Shown piece after piece: positions 55,646-64,000 of a DNA stretch of 64,000 nucleotides. The stretch's first letter is position 1, and the number at the start of each line of letters is the position of its first letter. Source of the DNA: the human T2T-CHM13v2.0 reference genome, Homo sapiens. The stretch lies in assembly GCF_009914755.1 (NCBI RefSeq), contig NC_060927.1. One strand, written 5' to 3'. A program made the position numbers and the translations under genes. Under the pieces are notes generated by a model. That model made no database searches. It was not told the origin of the DNA and saw only the letters and a list, made by a program, of their open reading frames with translations.

Positions 55646-55726
55646 TTAGGTTGGTAAAAAAGTAACTGTGGCTTTTGCCATTACTTTTAATGGCAAAAAA
55701 ACTATAATTACTTTTGCACCAACCAA
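55646..55726. mobile_element. MADE1 (Hsmar1 MITE), miR-548-like hairpin
   Basis: TA-ttaggttggtaaaaaagtaactgtggcttttgccatta-ctttt-aatggcaaaaaaactataattacttttgcaccaaccaa-TA. Confidence 0.95.
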
Positions 55727-55849
55727 TACAAACCTTTCCTGTTGCAAGCATCCAACTGTGCCTCGAAAAGTCAAGTATAGCATATTTCTCACAAAGCTGC
55801 CCCAAAGTCAAGGCCCAGCCCTTTCTTGCCACAGTGGTTTTACAAATAG

Positions 55850-56011
55850 CACATTTAGAACACAAATACCTAATGCATGTGGGGCTTCAAACCTAAATGA
55901 TAGGTTGATGGGTGCAGCAAACCATCATGGCACATGTATACCTATGTAACAAACCTGCATATTCTACACATGTATCCCAGAACTTAAAGTACAATAAATC
56001 TAAAAAAAAAA
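55850..56011 (+). mobile_element. L1PA (PA7/8-like) 3' terminal fragment
   Basis: aatacctaatgcatgtggggctt...gggtgcagcaaaccatcatggcacatgtatacctatgtaac...agaacttaaagta plus A-tail. Confidence 0.92.
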
Positions 56012-56049
56012 GGAATATAAAACTGCATATGCTTTATTAACAAAACTAT

Positions 56050-56408
56050 TATGGTGGATTAAATGGTACCCTTTCAAAAGATATGTCTGCCTCTAAATGT
56101 GACCTTATTTGGAAAAAGGATCTTTGCAGATGTAATTACGAATCTTAAGATGAGCTCATTCTGGGCTAGGGTAGGCCTAAATCCATTGATAGGTCCTTAT
56201 AAGAGAAGGGAAGGGAAACAGAATACACAGGGAGAATGGCATGTGATGATGCAGGCAGAGACGGAAGTGATGCATCCACAAGCCAAGAACACCAAGGATT
56301 GCCAGCAGCCACTGGAGGCTCGGAGAGAGGCACAGAACAGTCTCCCTCAGAGCCTCCAGAGGGAACCAACCCTAATGACACCTTGATTTTGGACTTCTAG
56401 CCTCCACA
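56050..56408 (+). mobile_element. MLT1B/C MaLR LTR (3' truncated)
   Basis: aatgtgaccttatttggaaaaaggatctttgcagatgtaatta...caagccaagaacaccaaggattgccagc...gacaccttgattttggacttctagcctcca. Confidence 0.9.
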
Positions 56409-56604
56409 AAAACAGACTAGAAGGAAATCACAGACTAGTGCTAAGTGTACTGGTGATTGGCTTATAAAGTTGTGCTTGTTTTTTGCGTAAATCGCTGGAC
56501 TTTGCTGCATTTTCCAAATTGTCTAAACTGCATATTTATCATCCAACAATTTGATCAAAATTATTTTAGAATAAGAAGTACACCTGCCTTAAAAATGTTT
56601 TTAT

Positions 56605-56815
56605 CAAGGAGATACAGAGGACTACTAGAGGGTAGAGAAGAAAAAGGAGGGCAAAGGCTGAAAAACTACCTATTGGATACTATGCCCACTACCTGGATGA
56701 TGGGATCATTTGTGCCCCAAACCTCAGCATCATGCAATATAACCATGTAACAACTCTGCACATGTACCCCTTGAATCTAAAAGAAAAGTTGAATTTTTTG
56801 GGGGGAAAAAAAAAA
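56605..56815 (+). mobile_element. L1PA16/17-like 3'UTR fragment
   Basis: ggactactagaggg...gaaaaactacctattggatactatgc...ccccaaacctcagcatcatgcaatata. Confidence 0.88.
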
Positions 56816-58261
56816 CAAACTTCTAAATAAAGACCCAAAACACTTCAAATATTAAACATTGAAATAAGATGGAAGCTATGCATACATTTAAGAAAGGTTA
56901 ATTAAAAACCAAGATAATTAAAGAAAGATAAGTATTTACCCAGTTTGTGGTAAGTCAGTTGAGTGATGGTGGTCATAATGATGATGGGTTAAACCAAGGA
57001 ATAAATGTTTGCAAATCAAAGGTTGTAAGGAGCATCTCCTACCAACTCAAAGCTCAAAAACAATTTAAAAATACATGGAAGACTTACAGGAAAAAAAAAG
57101 CTGTTACACCAAAATTTTACCAAAAAAAAAAAAGAAAGTTCCATCTCCCAGAACCCAGGAAAACATATGTAATGTGTCCTTCTCTGTGGCTACAAACATG
57201 CCAAACCCAAAAATGAACAACACTTTCCTCAATTATCTATTGTCTCCAAACTTTTGGCTTCATAAAGATGAGAGGAGCTTGTCATTGTGTTTCCAAACAA
57301 CTCAATATGTTGCTGGAGGAGTTCCAAAGGCCGAGTCACCAAGGATGCAAATAACAGGGAGTACCCCTGGGTGCCTGACTGTGGAACAAAAGACTTTAGG
57401 AAATTATATTATCGGGGTAATTTCATAGTGTTGTTGAAGAAAGCAAACACCTGCATTCTTTTAATAAGTCCCCTGGAGGCCTAATTCCTCAGCACTCAAA
57501 GTAGGAGAACCCACTCCGGGTGTTAAAGGTACATATAATGAGCCGGTTTTTAAGAATTGCGAAAGCTGTTTCTGCATCACCAAGTAGTTTACCAAACACA
57601 AAAATCAAATAATGTGCTCATTAAACGCCTTCCAACAGTCAAATGTGCTTGTGTCTGTTTTGCCAATGTGACACCAAAGGTCGCTACATATATTCAAAAG
57701 CCTAGGTCCAAAGGCTGGATAACGACCATCTTGTTTATTTTTATGCTTGTTGATGTATAGTTGGCTGCTGAAAGGAGGTACCGTACATTCCCTCCCTTGA
57801 CTGATCCCTTTTGTAGAGTTTTCCTCTAGAAACATTATGCAAATGGCATTTTTAAAGCTGCCCTCCCCACACACAAACTCTCCCAGACAGCCCAAATTAC
57901 ACCCAAGTTTTTAACAAGCTGAATGGAGCCTCATTTAATGTAGTCAGATCTCATTAGAAAACTGCAAGTGGCCTCCTATGGAACTGGAAGTCACGTTGCA
58001 TTCGATTCCATTTTTCTCAAGGTGGCACATTTCACACACCTCGGTAAGCTCAACCCCACAACCTCTAATCTGAAGGAGTTTCCCTTTTAAGACTCTTGCC
58101 CCAAATAAACCAACTAGTCCAGGGTTCTTCAGACATTTTGTTCTGTTTTAGACACTAGTCAGATCTCATCCCCAGGTCATAGAGAATATAAAACTGTTTT
58201 CCCCAAGGTACAGGTTTATATTTAGACCAGAAGAATCAAATGCCAGAGCTCAACACACTCT

Positions 58262-58480
58262 GGGTTCAAGAGCTTGTAATCTGGAGCCTCAAAGACCTGA
58301 CTTCAAATCCTGATTCCATTACTTATTTACCAATGTGAATGAATGCATGCTACCTAACCTCCCTGAGTCCCCATACTTAAAAAGTGGAAGATAAAAGACA
58401 CGCCTCAGGAAACTGTTTTGAGTATGAAATGAAGTGATTCCTGAAAGAAATCAAGCACACAGCAGGCCCTCAATAATGTC
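58262..58480 (+). mobile_element. MIR SINE
   Basis: tctggagcctcaaagacctgacttcaaatcctgattccattactta...ctacctaacctccctgagtc. Confidence 0.75.
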
Positions 58481-58635
58481 TGCTCCTCCTTTACTGTATC
58501 TCCCAGAAAGGGAGGGCTTAGCTGCTGAGACGACTTGCTTAGCACAGCTGCCCCTGCCAGGTAGTGACTTTATGCCACCCCACCATTCATTTCATCCTTC
58601 CAGTCATGTACACTCACTCACTGGTTTCTTTCAAA

Positions 58636-58948
58636 TCAGTAGTCACAAAATCTGATGTCTGCAGTGGCCGATGAGTAATGTAAATGAGCAAGGCAGGCCA
58701 GGTGTAAGACAATAGGGAATGGTGGAAACTGTGAAAAAGTTGAACACGTCTCATCTTAAAGGAAAAGAAGAAATATTAGACTACTTTTGCCAGATAGTGT
58801 CATCTTTCCAGAGAAAGCCCAAATCTGAATTTTTACACAATATCTTAAATGTTGGCCACTAATTTAAAATTTAAAGCCTGTGCAATGCTAACAAAATACA
58901 CCTATAGGCCAGATCTAATCTCAGGAGTTTCCAGAGTGTGATCTCAGG
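58636..58948. mobile_element. MER102 (hAT-Charlie)
   Basis: gtaatgtaaatgagcaaggcaggccaggtgtaagacaatagggaatggtgg...ttgccagat...aaatgttggccactaatt. Confidence 0.8.
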
Positions 58949-59815
58949 TTCAAATTTTATATAAATATCCATGTCTCTCATGCTTCAGAAGAGGGAGCTT
59001 CTACTTAGGGACTTGTGACCATGTAAATGGAAATGTTTAATGTGGCACAACGGGAGTCAAAAAAACTCATACTTATTAAGCAGGCTAGAGGGAAACTGAT
59101 TAAGTATTGCCTTGATGATGTGTGGTTTTCATCACAGACATGAATCTCCATTGTCCAGTTGGTGGGACGCAGGGTCTAAGAAAGGCCCTTTTTTATGTAC
59201 TGACCCCAGGGGCAGGGTTTGAAAGTTACCTTTCTGTTACAGTTTACAAACTGTTTTTATAAACATCATATGCATAATTCACTTAGGCAAAACGATTGTG
59301 AGGTTGTAGGGTCCAATTCTATCAAACTCCATTTCACCTAAAGTGAGTGTGTAACGTGCAATATGAATCTATTATTCCATCAGAAGTCTCATTCCTTTCG
59401 AACCTAAAGTTCTACACAAGGAGGCCCTCCACTCTATTTCTTCTAAGTTTAGTCCATGAGACAAGAATCATCACTCCCGTTCACCAAATGAAAGGCTTTT
59501 ACTCATGGTGGGTGATATGGTTTGGCTGTCTTCCCACCCAAATCTCATCTTGAATTCCCACATGTTGTGGGAGGGATCTAGTGGGAGATCATTGAATCGT
59601 AGGGGCAGGTCTTTCTGAAGCTGTTCTGATAATAATGAATAAGTTTCATGAGATCTGATGGTTTAAAAAGGGAAGTTTCCCTGCACAAGCTCTCTTCTCT
59701 TGTCTGCTGCCATGTGAGATGTGCCTTTCACCTTCTGCCATGATTGTGAGTCTTCCCCAGCCATGTGGAACTATAAGTCCATTAAACCTCTTTCTTTTGT
59801 AACTTGCCCAGTCTT

Positions 59816-60115
59816 GGTCCCAGTGCAGTGGCTCACATCTGTAATGCCAGCACTTTGGGAGTCCAAGGCAGACAGATCACTTGAGGTCAAGAGTTTGACA
59901 CCAGCCTGGCCAGTATGGTGAAACCCCATCTCTACTAAAAATGCAAAAATTAGCCAGACATAGTGGCACACATCTGCAATCCCAGCTACTCAGGAGACTG
60001 AGGAGAAGAATCACTTGAACCCAGGAGGCAGAGGCTACAGTGATCTGAGATCACGCCACTGCACTCCAGCCTGGGCAATAGAGTGAGACTCAGTCAAAAA
60101 ACAAACAAAAAAAAA
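59816..60115 (+). mobile_element. AluS in the THE1 5' LTR
   Basis: 12-bp TSD ttgcccagtctt at 59804-15 and 60116-27. Confidence 0.95.
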
Positions 60116-61807
60116 TTGCCCAGTCTTGGGTACGTCTATATCAGCAGCATGGAAATGGACTAATACAGTAAATTGGTACCAGTAGAGTGGGACACTGCTG
60201 AAAAGATACCTGAAAATGTGGAAGCAGCTTTGGAACTGGGTAACAGGCAGAGATTGGAACGTTTGGAGGAAGACAGGAAAATGTGGGAAAGTTTGAATTT
60301 CCTAGCGACTTGTTGAACAGCTTTGCCCAAAATGCTGACAGCAATATGGACAATAAGGTCTAGGCTGACGTGGTCTCAGATGGAAATGAGGAACTTGTTG
60401 GGAACTGGAGCAAAGGTGACTCTTGTTATGTTTTAGCAGAGAGACTGGAGGTATTTTGCCTCTGCCCTAGAGATCTGTGGAAATTTGAACTTCAGAGAGA
60501 TGATTTAGGGTATCTGGAAGAAGAAATTTCTAAGTAGCAAAGCATTCAAGAGGTGACTTGGGTGCTGTTAAAGGCATTCAGTTTTAAAGGGAAATAGAGC
60601 ATTAAAGGAAAATTTGCAGCCTGACAATGCACTAAAAAAGAAAATCCCATTTTCTGAGGAGAAATTCAAGCTGTCTGCAGAAATTTGCATAAGTAATGAG
60701 GAGCTGAATGTTAATCACCAAGACAAATGGGAAAATGTCTCCAGGGCATGTCAGAGACCTTTGCTGCAGGCCCTCCCATTACAGGTCCAGAGGTTTTGGA
60801 GGAAAAAATGGGTTTGTGGGCTGGACCCAGACTTTCATACTGTGCAGTCCAGGGACTTGGTGCCCTGTGTCCCAGCCGCTCCAGCCATGACTAAAAGGGG
60901 CTAAGGTACAGTCTGGACTGTGGCTTCAGAGGGTGGAAGCCCCAAGCCTTGGCAGCCTTCACATGGTGTTGAGCCTGCGGGTGCACAGAAGTCAAGACCT
61001 GAGGTTTGGGAACCTCTGCCTAGATTTCAGAGGATGTAATGGAAACACCTGGATGCCAGGACAGAAGTTTGCTTCAGGGACAGGGCTCTCGTGGAGAACC
61101 CCTGCTGGGGCAATGCAAAAAGAAAATGTGGGGTTGGAGCCCCCACACAAAGTCCCTACTGGGGCACTGCCTATTGGAAATGTGAAAAGAGGGCCACCTT
61201 CCTCCAGACCCCAGAATGGTAGATCCACCAATAGCTTGCACTGTGTGCCTGGAAAAGATGCAGACACTCAACACTAGTCTGTGAAAGCAGCCAGGAAGGG
61301 GGCTATACCCTGCAAAGCTATAGGGGCAGAGCTGCCCAAGGCCATGGGAGCCTACCTCTTGCATCAGCATGACCTGGATGTGGGACATAAAGTCAAAAGA
61401 GGTCATTTGAGAGCTTTAAAATTTTACTGCCCCACTGGATTTGGGACTTGCATGGGGCCTATAGCCCCTTTGTTTTGGCCAATTTCTCCCATTTGGAATG
61501 GCTCTATTTACCCAATGCCTGTACACCCATTGTATCTAGGAAGTAACTAAACTGCTTTTGATTTTACAGGTTCTTAGGCAGAAGGGACTTGCCTTGTCTT
61601 GGATGAGACTGGACTGTGGACTTTTGAGGTAATGCTGAAATGAGTCTTAAGACTTTGGGGAACTGTTGGGAAGGCATGATTGGATTTGAAACGTGAGGAC
61701 ATGAGATTTGGGAGGGGCCGGGGTGGAGTGATATTGTTTGGCTATGTCCCCACCCAAATCTCATCTTGAATTCCCATGTGTTGTGGAAGGGACTCAGTGG
61801 GAGGTAA

Positions 61808-62143
<336 letters not shown>

Positions 62144-62534
62144 CTGTTCTCATAATGGTGCATAAGTCTCACAAGATCTGATGGTTTAAAAAGGGAAGTT
62201 TCCCTGCACAAGCTCTCTTCTCTTGTCTGCCACCATGTGAGACATGAGTTTCACCTTCTGCCATGATTGTGACGCTTCCCCAGTCACACAGAACTATAAG
62301 TCCATTAAACCTTTCTTTTGTTAATTGCCTAGTCTGGTGTACATCTTTATTAGCAGCATAAAAATGGACTAATACAGTGGGGAAGTAACTTGTTATAGAT
62401 TATATAACCTACAATTTCCAGGCCCTTGAACCCAGATATTCTTCCTCCTCATGCACCCTGTCTTTATTAAACCCTCTTGAAACCACAAACATATATCAAG
62501 CCCAGGTTACAGGCCATGAACAGTGGGAGACACA

Positions 62535-62720
62535 TTACATGCATTCCCTCACCACAACCTCACGAGACAAGCAGTAGTATCCCCATTTCTCTGATGAGAA
62601 AAATCAAGGCTCAAAAATATTAACTCATTTGCCCAAGGCCATTCAGCTAGTAAGAGACAAAGCCAAATCTACAATTCCAACAATGTCTTCAAAGCCAGTC
62701 CCTTTAACCACTCGGCTATA
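62535..62720 (-). mobile_element. MIR SINE
   Basis: ctcaccacaacctcacgagac...tatccccatttctctgatgagaaaaatcaaggctc...ttgcccaaggcc. Confidence 0.85.
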
Positions 62721-63269
62721 ATCCTTTCATTTAAACCCTTACAAGCTTCATAGAAGTTTCTGTGACACTGGCTAGAAATATACATTTCCCCCAGAGATCG
62801 TTCCCCATGACTCTCCCATACACAGGCAGGTTCAACCCCTTTGATCTCAAAAAGCGCAAGATCTGGAAGTCATTCCCATTAGGGAATGCTTCCTCTCTCC
62901 ATAGGGAAATCCCTCTGGGGTACTCATTAATCACATGGTTAAAGGATAACCTTTGAGTTTTTTGAACCAAGAAACCACGAAATAACAAATTTATTAGGCT
63001 CTCACTCATCCCAACAACCTTAAACTACAGAGGCATTAGGACGAATGACAACCTTTCAACAGAATGTGGGTATCGCTTTCATGGTTAAAAACAAATAAAA
63101 TGTATTTTGAACAAAAGATGACTGACATCAGTGCTCTGTGTTTTCTCAGTAGTCATCAAGCACAAATTGTCACTCGGGGTGATTAAACAAGGATTAATTA
63201 CCAGGTTGCTATACAAGTTGAGATGTTTCAAAGTTGCAGCCCAAAGAGCACATAAATGTACTCAAATTT

Positions 63270-63680
63270 TTAAAAGAATACGGGTGCAAATTGGCACCAT
63301 CTTTTCAGAGGACAATTTGTCAAGAGCGCTTAAAATTTTAAATGTTAACCTCCTCCCACCTAGTAAGTCCAATTATACCACAGAAGCATAAAATTGGGTA
63401 AAAACACACAGGCATGTTGTAGCATGAGAAAAGCTATCATTATATGATATATAATTAGGAACAATGGAAAACAACCAACGTGGTCATGAAGGGAGAAATT
63501 TTGACTCAATCATAATCCATAGAATGGATTCGGAAAACTAATAAATACATTAGATGTTTTTGGCTTTTATATACTGACATGGAAAAATGTCCAGAAAGTA
63601 TTTCTAAGTACGAAAAAAGTAAGCTATAAAAGGCAATATGTAGAATGTGTATTTTCTGTTAAAGCAATATTAATAAATAA
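63270..63680 (+). mobile_element. L1ME-type fragment
   Basis: ggtgcaaattggcaccatcttttcagaggacaatttg...tatactgacatggaaaaatgtcc. Confidence 0.6.
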
Positions 63681-63735
63681 TCTGAATGAACCTAAGGAAA
63701 TAATATCAGCCTATAAACAACATATATCTTTAGCT

Positions 63736-64000
63736 TAGGGGTGAGCAAACTGATTCTGTATAGAGCCAGATAGTAAATACTTTCAGTTTTGCAGGCCATA
63801 AGGGCTGTCTCAACTACTCTGCTACTGCAAAAGCAGCCTCAGATGTTACTAAATGAACAGGCATGGCTGTGTTCCAATGAAACTTTATTTATGGACTCTG
63901 AAATTGAAATTTTGTATCATTTTTACATGCTACAAAAATGTTACTCTTCTTTTGATTTTTTTTTCAACGATTTAAAAATATGAAAACCCTTCTTAGCTAG
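63736..64000. mobile_element. MER58B (hAT-Charlie), runs off the window
   Basis: aggggtgagcaaact...gccagatagtaaatac...ggcatggctgtgttccaatgaaactttatttatggac. Confidence 0.9.

Noticed and set aside
57345-57352. Second ATGCAAAT octamer
   Set aside because: Lies in a MER5A-like remnant whose consensus carries this motif
60614-61550. Cluster of ORFs in THE1-int
   Set aside because: Broken remnants of the MaLR internal ORF; no continuous frame

Overview
This is primate (human-like) nuclear DNA, AT-rich and CpG-depleted, made mostly of interspersed repeats. It holds about 18 Alu/FLAM copies, two ~2.2 kb 5'-truncated L1s, many MIR and L2 fossils, and several MaLR/ERVL solo LTRs. It also has one complete THE1-type MaLR provirus with both LTRs and a 5-bp TSD, a near full-length Tigger1 with a dead transposase, Tigger3a, Charlie4a, several hAT MITEs and a MADE1 hairpin. 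I found no recognisable protein-coding exon, RNA gene or CpG-island promoter, and I cannot name the host locus. The listed ORFs are explained by repeats, low complexity or chance. L1 orientation and base skew suggest the window lies in a large intron of a minus-strand transcription unit. A few splice-signal-bounded candidate exons and several strong transcription-factor motifs lie in the unique stretches. I did not find a convincing new biological system. The best leads are the THE1 provirus with an oppositely oriented Alu in each LTR, the miR-548-like MADE1 hairpin, a perfectly preserved FLAM TSD that duplicates a STAT/BCL6 site, and the candidate exons. Repeat subfamily names come from recalled consensus sequences, and boundaries of old elements are approximate.
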